Shown: one piece after another, positions 9,301 to 17,023 of the stretch
Position numbering within the stretch: position 1 is the stretch's first letter
Layout: the number at the start of each line of letters is the position of its first letter
Source: a virus
Taxonomy: Duplodnaviria; Caudoviricetes
Virus record (IMG/VR): IMGVR_UViG_3300017560_000302
Location: 1-35,285 of that record
Length of the DNA stretch: 35,285 nt
Direction: 5' to 3' (one strand)
Translations under genes and position numbers: made by a program
The notes under the pieces: model-generated
What the model saw: only the letters and a program-made list of their open reading frames with translations
Told to the model about the DNA's origin: nothing
Databases searched by the model: none

Positions 9301-10588
9301 TCGCCGCATCGTCGGTCAGACTGATGCGGCCCGGGAAATCGACCGCCTCCCATTTCTGGCTCGGATCCGAAAACGTCCCGAAGATGGCGGTGACCACCTC
9401 CGAGCGCGTCCGATACTTGCTGTAGACCGCCTTTTCACCGACCTCGAGGTCGTCATAGCTGATGGCGAGGGTTGAGCGCACCGGCTGCGACACGCCGGCG
9501 ATCGGCCCGAATTGCCCGGCCCGCTCGAGGCAATGACCGGCCATCGCCTCGCGGATCGTCTCGAGGGCAGCGCTATGCGGCTGATCGTCTGATGCGACCA
9601 GACCGACGCGATATCGCTTCTCGGTCCCGCCTTCCTTCCGCGCCACTGCTTCGTCGCAAGCATTTGCCGCGGCGATATACATGTCGTCGATCAGGTCGGA
9701 TGCCGGCACCGACATGCCAAGCACGCGCTGGCTGCCGGCATAAATGCCGCGGCGGTAGTTGTATTCGATGATTGCGGGATTATCCGACCACTCATAGGTC
9801 GCGGGCTGGCCCCAACGGTGCGCCCCGGTGCGGCCTGGGACCGATCCATCCTTGCGCAGGTCATAGAGCTTTTTCGCCCGGAGCTCGACGCGGATGTCAG
9901 GCATGCCGGTCAAGCCATGCCCCTCATCCCATGCCTGCGAGATGGAGATGTAGCAGACGCCGCGTCCGCGATGATTGGCTGTCCAGCGCCCGGCCGGGCT
10001 GGCATGCGTTACCAGTTCCGGATCTGCTGCCTGGTCCCATGTGCCCGGGAAGAACCGCACGAAGAAGCGGGAATTGTGCGGCGACCCGTATCCCAACTCG
10101 GGCACGCTGTAGCCGGAGACGAACTGTCCCTCGACCTCAGGGACCAGCGTGCATTCCTTGCCGTTGACCCAGATTTTATTGATGCCGTCATGCTCGCCAT
10201 CGCCGAGCACATAGACGGCCTGCAACATCACATTCTCTTGGTCCTCATCCGTGCGTCCGTAAGTGTTCCAGTAGACCAGCTGCCCCTGCACCGCGACGGT
10301 ACCGAATGCCGCCTGGCGCGGAACCGCGCCGCCATACTTGACCTGGAATTCCGAACCGGACTGCCGGCGGGTGACCGCCGTCTCGCGCTGCTGGGGCTTC
10401 TGGGCAAACGCGCGCGTGAGCAGCGACCCCGCGACCGAAAGGCCGACACCAACGAGTGCGGTGCCGACCGATCCAAGACCCGCGACGGCGCCGATCACCA
10501 TCGCAAGCGGGGCTGCCTGCACGGGCTGCGACAGCCCGCACAGCATCGTCCCTGCGAGCAGGGCTATGCGCATCCGATTGAGGATCAT
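6368..10588 (-). CDS. Tail tip / host-specificity (J-like) protein, 1406 aa
   Basis: TGATG-coupled to the NlpC/P60-like gene; WSDNPA..YNY motif, FN3-like segment (TAYEVRAK..WTDW), coiled coil with an inserted CBM-like domain, SGIAFRADSFLI DUF1983-like region. Confidence 0.9.
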   Translation of the reverse strand: MILNRMRIALLAGTMLCGLSQPVQAAPLAMVIGAVAGLGSVGTALVGVGLSVAGSLLTRAFAQKPQQRETAVTRRQSGSEFQVKYGGAVPRQAAFGTVAVQGQLVYWNTYGRTDEDQENVMLQAVYVLGDGEHDGINKIWVNGKECTLVPEVEGQFVSGYSVPELGYGSPHNSRFFVRFFPGTWDQAADPELVTHASPAGRWTANHRGRGVCYISISQAWDEGHGLTGMPDIRVELRAKKLYDLRKDGSVPGRTGAHRWGQPATYEWSDNPAIIEYNYRRGIYAGSQRVLGMSVPASDLIDDMYIAAANACDEAVARKEGGTEKRYRVGLVASDDQPHSAALETIREAMAGHCLERAGQFGPIAGVSQPVRSTLAISYDDLEVGEKAVYSKYRTRSEVVTAIFGTFSDPSQKWEAVDFPGRISLTDDAAMGERLAEHIDLTQISSVSQAQRVAEIRRRRSMMQAHGSCTVGAKWIAAQPGDWIPITSLRHGAITAEILSANIRPDQRVDIAWRQIAGSVFAWTTAAELDPLAPGVSPDPGQIITDVPDFGAVTAQLTGWGGLVLPAIKATWTPITAPAVDRLVIQHRKVGETDAVETVAPVPSAGMAMISSGIQAGTAYEVRAKLETTPVRDTSWTDWEEVTAGADHVVPQSLSVAAGGVDLDALNNQARAVVEAGRAAIAALQPVSSLPGDGTNPFAPIFEGLIPVTPAEQMNALGDAAIAAILDAAEVKETLTGAGIEVNPSTGQVRIYAFDQFAKDFATYKSTVSAEFDAKQGQINLKASVTQLADAVAAIAAGFDPAYRWEWNGTDEGWTGYDASIATGAGSITVTGTDAGPGIVSPAIDLNADTFKVAQIKVRRLAGSGYVTLRWGASFEHSAAFAVPADPTAWNSPTLLLTNEAAWTGDIEAVRLDLGSGPGDVFEIDYFALGQSQFQQLVLGDLEARVSTAEIAIDGMQAEIDLRATLAQLGDTNDALSDVSLSLSALEGEIGLKADYADLSDLSSTVTSVQGTLSAMRGAIEFSVDQTRESDSSRALGTALIDTILDGVERGDALNVEMATARQSLSAKIDDQGIAEAQARLVLAGLIEDTAALLEQEQVIRADGQSALASDLLMLQAALELAESDLSAAITASNVARADGDEALAEQVDLVSAGFGDLETYVGIVSSALAGIDGRLSASYFLEVDADGNIASMVAYADGESSGIAFRADSFLIALNDEDEDPFPVFGVAMVDGIPRVTINGHLAADSITARELTVGAATLYQTVGSFDPFTIVHGAAGTYTVAEMDVEIISGKFLLFFRVDERPDSPPDADGWAGRTYYPYADYSVEIGGYTHPSTVMRLSHPSSGPAYLATGVQQAFFPVELPSSISLPATLKVRIRMWLPGVITYPVWAYMSFDHAYVTLMEFRR

Positions 10589-10995
10589 CAGCCGACCTTG
10601 AAAGCCCGGATCATTAACGACCGTGGCCACGGCATCATCTGCCCTGCCCGGTCCTTACCGAGGACGTGCTGGCCTGCGACCACGACGCCACACGCCTCAC
10701 CATCCACCATCACCACGCCGATATCGCCGCGCTGCGCGAGGGCGGGAGGTATCTCAGGAAAGCGCGCCGCCATACCCTCGTCGACACCGCGGACGCCCGC
10801 CGCCACAAGGCGCCGGCGAAAGTCCTGCTCGTCAACGCAGCCGCGCTCGGCCGCGCAAGGATCCTCGCCAGTGATGGCTTCGACCACGTCCGCAACAAAA
10901 TAGACGCAGTTGCTCTCATGCCAGCTGAACGGCAACCGGCTATGCCGCTCCACGACATCGTGGAAGCGCTCCTGCCAGTCCTCAAGCCGCGTCAC
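10588..10995 (-). CDS. NlpC/P60-like tail assembly protein
   Basis: PFSWHESNCVYFVADVVEAITGED and AQRGDIG motifs; position between hub and tip genes. Confidence 0.8.
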   Translation of the reverse strand: MTRLEDWQERFHDVVERHSRLPFSWHESNCVYFVADVVEAITGEDPCAAERGCVDEQDFRRRLVAAGVRGVDEGMAARFPEIPPALAQRGDIGVVMVDGEACGVVVAGQHVLGKDRAGQMMPWPRSLMIRAFKVG

Positions 10996-11618
10996 GACTG
11001 GTTCGCCCCGGGCAGCCAGGCGTGCGGAATAGCAGGTCCCGGAGCCGCCTTGCCGTAATAGAGCGTTTCCGTATGTACCGTCGCGGCGTGCTCGAAGAAG
11101 CGATCATTCGGATCCATCGCGCGCTGATCGGCATCGGAGCGCGTCCGATGCCCGGTGCGCGAGTGATCGAGCGAGCGCGGCTCAAGACGGCCGATCAGGA
11201 CATAATCACCGCCGACCGTCTCATCGTGATCGACCTTGTCGACATAGCCGCGCCAGACTGGCACCGTGAGCGCGAGCGAACCGTTCGTCCGGTCGAAATA
11301 TGCAAATGACAGCGTGACCGGCCGATCCTTGTAGCCATAGCTATCGATCGTCGCGAGCAGGTCCGGAGACAGATCCGTCTCCGGGATCGCGCGCAGCTTG
11401 ACGTTCAGCGGCGACGCGGACAGGTCAACGCCAGCGTTCACCGCGTCGATCTCCAGCAGGGAGCCCGCACCGGTGTAGGTGATGCCATTGACCGTCAACG
11501 GCCCTGAGCCGCGCCAGAAGCCGAACAGACCCTCGACCAGGTCGAACAGGATCAGCTCAGCCTTGGCATAGTCGCCGGACTTGATCTTGCCGAGCTCGAT
11601 GTTGTCGATGTCACGCAT
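10992..11618 (-). CDS. Minor tail / baseplate hub protein
   Basis: FWRGSGPLTVNGITYTGAGSLL, VWRGYVD and RTRSDADQRAMDPNDRFFEH motifs; tail-tip synteny. Confidence 0.8.
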   Translation of the reverse strand: MRDIDNIELGKIKSGDYAKAELILFDLVEGLFGFWRGSGPLTVNGITYTGAGSLLEIDAVNAGVDLSASPLNVKLRAIPETDLSPDLLATIDSYGYKDRPVTLSFAYFDRTNGSLALTVPVWRGYVDKVDHDETVGGDYVLIGRLEPRSLDHSRTGHRTRSDADQRAMDPNDRFFEHAATVHTETLYYGKAAPGPAIPHAWLPGANQS

Positions 11619-11760
11619 TGATCGATCTCAATTCGCGAAACAGGCGTGTCGCAGCCTTATCGGTCCATCGGCGACTGAACATGAGCCGGATGCGGACCCG
11701 AATCGGCCGACCTTCCGACATCTCCCACATGGCGCCAGCGATGAGCATGACCGGAAGCAT
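11611..11760 (-). CDS. 49-aa hypothetical ORF filling the gap between distal tail and hub genes
   Basis: ATG 2 nt after the upstream stop; its stop overlaps the hub start (ATGCGTGA). MLPVMLIAGAMWEMSEGRPIRVRIRLMFSRRWTDKAATRLFRELRSINA. Confidence 0.45.
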   Translation of the reverse strand: MLPVMLIAGAMWEMSEGRPIRVRIRLMFSRRWTDKAATRLFRELRSINA

Positions 11761-11762
11761 CG

Positions 11763-12410
11763 TCAGCCACCCAGATGCTGGATGGCCTCGAACGAGACCG
11801 GTTGCGGATCCTGCTTGCGCTCGCCCTGCCATGTACCCGGCACCATCTTCATCAGACAATACGGTCGGACCAGATCGACGGTGACGCCGGTCGCCCCGCC
11901 GGCGCGCAGCCACGGTGCGATCGGCAGTGCAGAGATAGCGCCGCCGCCGCTCGCCGTGGCGTTGGCGAGTGCCTTCACCAGGTGCCGGCCGCCAAGCCAT
12001 GGAAACGAGAAGTAATCGCCCGTGGTGATGATGAATCCCGCCGGGAGGCCGCTGAGCGAGATCGTCTCGCCGCCCGCCGCGGTCAGGGTGCAAGTGCCCG
12101 CGAAGCCGCCCGGGAATGTGATCTTGCCGTCGAGCAGATACGCCGCCGGCGCAATCCGTGCCGGATCGAACCCTTTGAAGGTCCCGTTGCCGCGCAGGCA
12201 CAGCCGAAAGGCATGCCAGACCCCGTAGTGCAGGTCGTTGAGGAACGTAGTTTCGTAGCGTCCCTTCCAGAGCGCGCCCCCGATATTTTCGAGGAATGCG
12301 ATCTGGCCTCCGGCCGTGCGCGACAGGGAGCCGAATGGCTCCATGTCGAAGCTACAACGCGCGATGTTGAGCGTCGTGGGGACGCTCGGCATGTCGAGTG
12401 GATAGGCCAT
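11763..12410 (-). CDS. Distal tail (Dit-like) protein
   Basis: Immediately after the TMP; SRTAGG..., LWKGRYET, LRGNGTFKGFDP, VSFEAIQ pattern. Confidence 0.75.
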   Translation of the reverse strand: MAYPLDMPSVPTTLNIARCSFDMEPFGSLSRTAGGQIAFLENIGGALWKGRYETTFLNDLHYGVWHAFRLCLRGNGTFKGFDPARIAPAAYLLDGKITFPGGFAGTCTLTAAGGETISLSGLPAGFIITTGDYFSFPWLGGRHLVKALANATASGGGAISALPIAPWLRAGGATGVTVDLVRPYCLMKMVPGTWQGERKQDPQPVSFEAIQHLGG

Positions 12411-12415
12411 GGCGA

Positions 12416-13273
12416 TCAGCTGCTGCTGTGCCGGCGGTTGAAGTCGTTCGCGCCGCGCACGAGGCCTGGCATCTGATCGGTGTACTCTTTCAAGGCAGCC
12501 TCGATCATCCGAACAGTGCCGGCATCAGCATTGCCCTGGATTGTGATCGAGGGGCCGCCGATCTGGACAACCTGCTGTCCACCACCACGGCCAGCCCCGA
12601 GCGCCTTCATCTGCGCCGGCGTGAACACGCCCTCCTCCAGACGGATGATCGCTGGCATCTCGGTCATGGGATTCCACGGCAGCTTGCCGCCGTGAACCCC
12701 CGCACCCGCGACGAGGCGCATGGGGGTGAGGACAGATCGGGCCCCATCCATGATCTGCCCGAAGAAACCTTTCATGGTCCCTTGGCTGGACATGAAGATG
12801 TCAGCCACCTGCGCGCCCTGCGAGGATAGGATCGCCATGGGCGACATTCCCATCGCCGCCATGGTGGCCACGTCCTGCATTTGTCGCCCAAAGTTGATCA
12901 TCTCATGGCGAGCCAGCCCCAGCTGGGTGGCGTTGTCGTTGACCGCCGCGCTTGCCCCGCCGAATTTCGACTTTGCCATGTCGAGGAGCTGATTCTGCCG
13001 CTCCATTGTGATCAGACCTTGAGCCCGCGCCCGGTCCAGATCCCGGGTCATCTTCGCCATCTCCTGATCGGCCCGATACTGCATATCGACCCGACGCTGA
13101 ATGCGGTCGAGCGCCCGCTCGAGCGAAACGGTCGCTCGCTCGCTCGAACCGGACGCACGCGCTACCCCTTCCTGGGCCGTCGCGAGCGCGCTAAGTTTCC
13201 CGGTAGCCTCAGTGACCCCCGGGGTCGTAGCCTCGATGGTCAACCGGCGGATGGTGTTGAGAGACGTTGCCAT
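12416..13273 (-). CDS. Tape measure protein, abnormally short (285 aa; apparent in-frame internal deletion)
   Basis: Position after the frameshifting chaperone; lambda-type TMP N-terminal motif RQMQDVATMAAMGMSPMAILSSQGAQVADIF joined directly to a TMP C-terminal motif HGG...EMPAIIRLEEGVFTPAQMKALG. Confidence 0.85.
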   Translation of the reverse strand: MATSLNTIRRLTIEATTPGVTEATGKLSALATAQEGVARASGSSERATVSLERALDRIQRRVDMQYRADQEMAKMTRDLDRARAQGLITMERQNQLLDMAKSKFGGASAAVNDNATQLGLARHEMINFGRQMQDVATMAAMGMSPMAILSSQGAQVADIFMSSQGTMKGFFGQIMDGARSVLTPMRLVAGAGVHGGKLPWNPMTEMPAIIRLEEGVFTPAQMKALGAGRGGGQQVVQIGGPSITIQGNADAGTVRMIEAALKEYTDQMPGLVRGANDFNRRHSSS

Positions 13274-13276
13274 GGG

Positions 13277-13624
13277 TTACCGCTTCTTCGCCTGGCTCTT
13301 TCGAGCTTTCGCCACCAACTCACGCCACTCAGAATCCATCGCCCGGATCAGGTCCACGAAGCGTTCGAAGGCATCACCGACAATGCCGTTGCGCTCGGCA
13401 TACCGGTCAATGGAAACCCACTGGATGGGGCCTTCCGCCCCATAACCGAGCGGACGATCTCCGCTGAGCGCCTGAAAGCCGCGCCACGCCAGCCGCAGAT
13501 GGTCTGGTATCTCAGGCTCCCGCGCCAGCGCCCGAACCTCCTCGCCCTGCGCGGCCTGATCCTCAAGCCAGGCGATCCGGTCGCCCCACTCGAAATGCCA
13601 GCGCAGGGCTTCCCTCAGTTTTTT
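13277..13624 (-). CDS. Tail assembly chaperone, -1 frameshift extension (gpT/GT-like); missing from the ORF track
   Basis: Open frame from the slippery site: KLREALRWHFEWGDRIAWLE...AWRGFQALSGDRPLGYGAEGPIQWVSIDRYAERNG...LIRAMDSEW...KKR* (TAA 13277-13279, 3 nt before the TMP ATG). Confidence 0.85.
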   Translation of the reverse strand, partial: KKLREALRWHFEWGDRIAWLEDQAAQGEEVRALAREPEIPDHLRLAWRGFQALSGDRPLGYGAEGPIQWVSIDRYAERNGIVGDAFERFVDLIRAMDSEWRELVAKARKSQAKKR

Positions 13625-14028
13625 GCGTCGGTCTCCAGATCCGCCGCGGCTTCTTCGCCGACGATACCGGCCGCCCAGATGACAGATTGACGAAAACGCG
13701 AATAGGCAGGATCGGTGATCAGAGCCTCGGCAACGTCCGGGGCGTATTGCAGCGGCTGGCCGTCATCCTGTTCCAGGCCCTTCCAGTCACACAGGATGGC
13801 GCCGAGGAGACGTTCATTCATAATCTTTTCGGCGTCATCGGCGTCCAGCTTGCCGCGGATCTTCTTCGCGCGGGGCAACGCATCGTACGCAGCCGCCTGA
13901 ATGCGCTTGTCATCGGTGTTGCCGAAGCCGCGCACCTTGAGTTCGACGCCCGGCATGTCCGGGATATCGTCGATCCATGTACCCTGCTCGATGCGGGCCG
14001 GATCAATCTTCAGTGCGGACAGCTTCAC
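13615..14028 (-). CDS. Tail assembly chaperone (gpG-like)
   Basis: GTWIDD...LKVRGFGN...ILCDWKGLE...YAPDVAEALI; ends at the slippery site. Confidence 0.85.
   Translation of the reverse strand: MKLSALKIDPARIEQGTWIDDIPDMPGVELKVRGFGNTDDKRIQAAAYDALPRAKKIRGKLDADDAEKIMNERLLGAILCDWKGLEQDDGQPLQYAPDVAEALITDPAYSRFRQSVIWAAGIVGEEAAADLETDAKN
13618..13624 (-). other. Programmed -1 ribosomal frameshift heptamer A AAA AAC
   Basis: GAC GCA AAA AAC TGA at the end of the chaperone ORF fits X XXY YYZ and the lambda G/GT arrangement. Confidence 0.85.
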
Positions 14029-14203
14029 GTCGCTTCTCCTTGCGTTGCTGTGCCGGCGCTGCCGGCTGTTCGCGGATGGCGAGGCCCTTGCCGATCAGCA
14101 GGGCCTCATATTCAGGATCGAGGTCGGCCGGACGTTCCCCGACCGCGAATGCCCGCTTCCGACCGGCGGGATAGCCGGTGAAGGCAGTGGTGATGGTGAT
14201 CAT
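14003..14203 (-). CDS. Small phage protein (66 aa)
   Basis: MITITTAFTGYPAGRKRAFAVGE...LLIGKGLA plus a basic tail; same pattern as 18059-18343. Confidence 0.65.
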   Translation of the reverse strand: MITITTAFTGYPAGRKRAFAVGERPADLDPEYEALLIGKGLAIREQPAAPAQQRKEKRREAVRTED

Positions 14204-14659
14204 GATCAGATTCCCAGCTTACCCTTGGCCCACTCCGTCAAGGCCGCCATCGCCGTTGCCTCGATGACCTTGATAGGCAATGTGACCAGCTTTTCAGGGC
14301 CGATTGCCTGCTTCAGTCGTTCCCATGTCGACTGATCGGTAAGGATGGCGCCTGCAAATTCATGCCCGGCCCACGTCAGGCCACGGACGGCGACCTGTCG
14401 CATCTCATCAATATAATCGCGGCGGTATCCGTCGATGTATCCGGCGTCGAACAGCAGCGCGACGTGGTAAGCAGTCGTGAAATCGTCGATCCCCTCGACC
14501 GATATCTGCTCCGGGTCGACGTTCGGCTTGTCCTGGATAGCCTTCAGCACCTTCCGGACAACATCCATATCCCGCTTCATTTTGATCGACCGCAAAAGCT
14601 CAGCGGAGATCGTAAATGAGGCCGGCGAGCCCTCCAAACTGGTGACGCGACAGATCATG
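14198..14659. repeat. 7-bp direct repeat GATCATG flanking the DUF2513 segment
   Basis: Copies at 14198-14204 and 14653-14659. Confidence 0.6.
14206..14580 (-). CDS. DUF2513-type winged-helix protein (moron in tail operon)
   Basis: MKRDMDVVRKVL...YHVALLFDAGYI...LTWAGHEF...W signature; start reassigned to ATG 14580. Confidence 0.85.
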   Translation of the reverse strand: MKRDMDVVRKVLKAIQDKPNVDPEQISVEGIDDFTTAYHVALLFDAGYIDGYRRDYIDEMRQVAVRGLTWAGHEFAGAILTDQSTWERLKQAIGPEKLVTLPIKVIEATAMAALTEWAKGKLGI

Positions 14660-15578
14660 CAACCGCCCGCGTCAGCTTGAGGGTGCAGGCTTCCGTGGCT
14701 TCATAGACCGCCCGGAACGGGATGTTGACCATGACATCGTCGTCATTGCCGCCGACGCGCCGCTCACCGTTGCCGAAAATAATCTTCGGCAGGTCGAACC
14801 GCGTCTTCTTGTTGGCCGCGTTGCCGATGATGAAGGACAGAGCGCCGCCGGCATGATCGAGCACCGATTGATAGAGCGCGTTGCTCTCGAAGTATGCCTC
14901 GACGGTGCCGGTCACCTCGAAGCGACCGGCGCCGAATTCTTCGCTGAACTGCGAGCCGACCACCGGGCGGGTCCGCAGATTGTTGGTGATCTCCAGTGTC
15001 AAAGACCGCACCTTCGGCGTAGATCCCGCGACCGTCAGCGAAGCGACATTCGCGGAGGCCGTCGAGATCGGCTCGGTGCCCGGCGCAGTATAGGTCGCGC
15101 CAGTCACGATCGCCGTACCGAGGGTTTCCTTCTGCGCCATAAGGCTCAGGGAACCGGTCACCGCCGCACGGGACGCGATATTGAGCGTCATCCCGTTGAC
15201 CATCCCGCCGGTGAAACGGCTGAAGCTGTCCGTGGCGCCCATCTCGAGGGTTTCCTCGAAGGTGAAGGACTTCGGCGTAACGCCATTCTTCAGGATGTCG
15301 CTTGCCCAGGTGCCCTGTAGCAGCCCCTCTAGCAGTTCGTCGAAGCTGCCATAACTCCACTCGATATTGTAGGAGCCGGCCACGTCCTGCCCGAGCAGGA
15401 ACTCATCGCTGACGTTCCGATCGGCGCGGATTTCGTTGGAGGTTCCGGTCACCTTGTTGGTGCGCATGCCTGCGCCGGTCGCGCGGAGCGTTTTGAACGT
15501 CGGCGTCGCGGGAGTGGTGCCGAACACCGTCTCGGCGACATAGGCAAGGCGCGCACCGCTTCCAGATGCGAAGGGCAT
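14655..15578 (-). CDS. Major tail tube protein
   Basis: ASGSGARLAYVAETVFGTTPATP, SNEIRADR, SFTFE and EVTGTVEAYFE motifs; no sheath gene present. Confidence 0.9.
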   Translation of the reverse strand: MPFASGSGARLAYVAETVFGTTPATPTFKTLRATGAGMRTNKVTGTSNEIRADRNVSDEFLLGQDVAGSYNIEWSYGSFDELLEGLLQGTWASDILKNGVTPKSFTFEETLEMGATDSFSRFTGGMVNGMTLNIASRAAVTGSLSLMAQKETLGTAIVTGATYTAPGTEPISTASANVASLTVAGSTPKVRSLTLEITNNLRTRPVVGSQFSEEFGAGRFEVTGTVEAYFESNALYQSVLDHAGGALSFIIGNAANKKTRFDLPKIIFGNGERRVGGNDDDVMVNIPFRAVYEATEACTLKLTRAVA

Positions 15579-15606
15579 GGGTCAGTCTCCGGAATGTGAG
15601 GAAGGA

Positions 15607-16017
15607 TCAGCCGATCAGGTCGAACTGGTAGGGGACAGCGATCGCCAGAATGAAGTAGTTGCCGTTCTCGCTGTCGTCGTCGGTCGCGGCCGGGGATGGC
15701 GCGAAGGTCTGAACGCCGCCGAATTCCTTGCCGCGGAACAGGTCCGCGAGCTGGTCCGCCAGGGCCAGGCCGGCATCGACGCCGGCGCCGCGCTCAGCAT
15801 GGACGATCAGCCGGAATACACCCTCGTCGCGCCAGACGTTGTGCCCAGGCGCGCCGATGGTCAGTTGCTCCGAATTCGTCACGGGATAGTCATGACGAAT
15901 GAACACGGCGCCGTCTGTCGGCGGGCGATAGCGCTCGTTGGGGCCGTAAATGGCAACGCCGAGCGCGGCGTCTGCGAGGCGCTCTTTCACCGCATCAACG
16001 ACTGCCTTGCGGGCCAT
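15607..16017 (-). CDS. Tail terminator protein
   Basis: PNERYRPP, GAPGHNVWRDEG and LADLFRGKEF; position before the tube gene. Confidence 0.75.
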   Translation of the reverse strand: MARKAVVDAVKERLADAALGVAIYGPNERYRPPTDGAVFIRHDYPVTNSEQLTIGAPGHNVWRDEGVFRLIVHAERGAGVDAGLALADQLADLFRGKEFGGVQTFAPSPAATDDDSENGNYFILAIAVPYQFDLIG

Positions 16018-16694
16018 CAGCGCACCCTCATCAGGATGGCCGGCTGGCGTGACTCTTGCTCAATATAGTGGGCCGATCGTCGCGCACCGCCATTCGGCGC
16101 GTTGATGAATCGCCCCTTCTTGTCACGACCACGAACCCCGCCCAGCGGCACATAATCGAGAAGCAGCGACCGGTATGTGAACTTGATGGCCGCGAAATTC
16201 CCGAAACGCTTACCCGCCAACGTCGCCACGGCCTGAAAAACCCCGTCCGGAGCCTGCCGCGACAGTCCGCGCTCAAGCTTTCGAGAGTACGGTTGGGTGT
16301 TCACGAACACATACTCCTCGGCAGCAGCGACGGTGCCAGGCGCGATCTCCGCGCCATCGGCCAGAATGATGTGCGACTTCCGATATCGCCCTGAACGCAC
16401 CGGCGAGTGGGTCTGAAGCTGGCTATGAATCCATTCGACGGCGTCGCCGATCAACTCGAACTCGAAAACGACCGTGGACTTCACATCCTCAAGGCGACCG
16501 CCAGCCCTGCCATCGACAAACGTCTCATGCGGGGGTACTTCGCCCAGGACGCGACGGTTGGTCTCCTGGGCGTCGACCAGCTGCTCGCGAGCAAATGCTG
16601 CGAACGCCTTGCCCCGCCCCTCTGGAGACAAATCATCGCGCAGAAGGACCTCGATATCCTTCTGGATCGGCTCGATACGGGTCCGGATTGCCAT
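16017..16694 (-). CDS. Neck / tail-completion protein (HK97 gp10-like)
   Basis: SPVRSGRYRKSH and NTQPYSRKLERGLSRQAPDGVF motifs. Confidence 0.8.
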   Translation of the reverse strand: MAIRTRIEPIQKDIEVLLRDDLSPEGRGKAFAAFAREQLVDAQETNRRVLGEVPPHETFVDGRAGGRLEDVKSTVVFEFELIGDAVEWIHSQLQTHSPVRSGRYRKSHIILADGAEIAPGTVAAAEEYVFVNTQPYSRKLERGLSRQAPDGVFQAVATLAGKRFGNFAAIKFTYRSLLLDYVPLGGVRGRDKKGRFINAPNGGARRSAHYIEQESRQPAILMRVR

Positions 16695-17023
16695 CAGCCG
16701 CCCCGCGCCGTCAGGTCATAGGCGATCAAGGTGTCCCCAATTCGCCGGGTCATGTCGTCGACGACGATGATGTTCAGCAGCGTGCCGCCCACCACAGCTT
16801 TGTCGCCAGGCTGAAGACCATCGGTGAAAGAGATATCCTCTGCCATGACAATGATCCGACGATCGCCCTGGAGAATGCCACCTCCCAGTTCATCGGGCTT
16901 GTAGCCCAGGACCCGGGCCTTGACTGTAACCGATGCGGCTGGGTTGACCCGCCGAAACGTCACGGACTGACCGTGGGCATCAATCTGGCGCCGGTACATG
17001 TCGCGGGCCTGGGCGGGCGTCAT
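16694..17023 (-). CDS. Head-closure protein
   Basis: HGQSVTFRR, ELGGGILQGDRRII; synteny. Confidence 0.75.
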   Translation of the reverse strand: MTPAQARDMYRRQIDAHGQSVTFRRVNPAASVTVKARVLGYKPDELGGGILQGDRRIIVMAEDISFTDGLQPGDKAVVGGTLLNIIVVDDMTRRIGDTLIAYDLTARGG

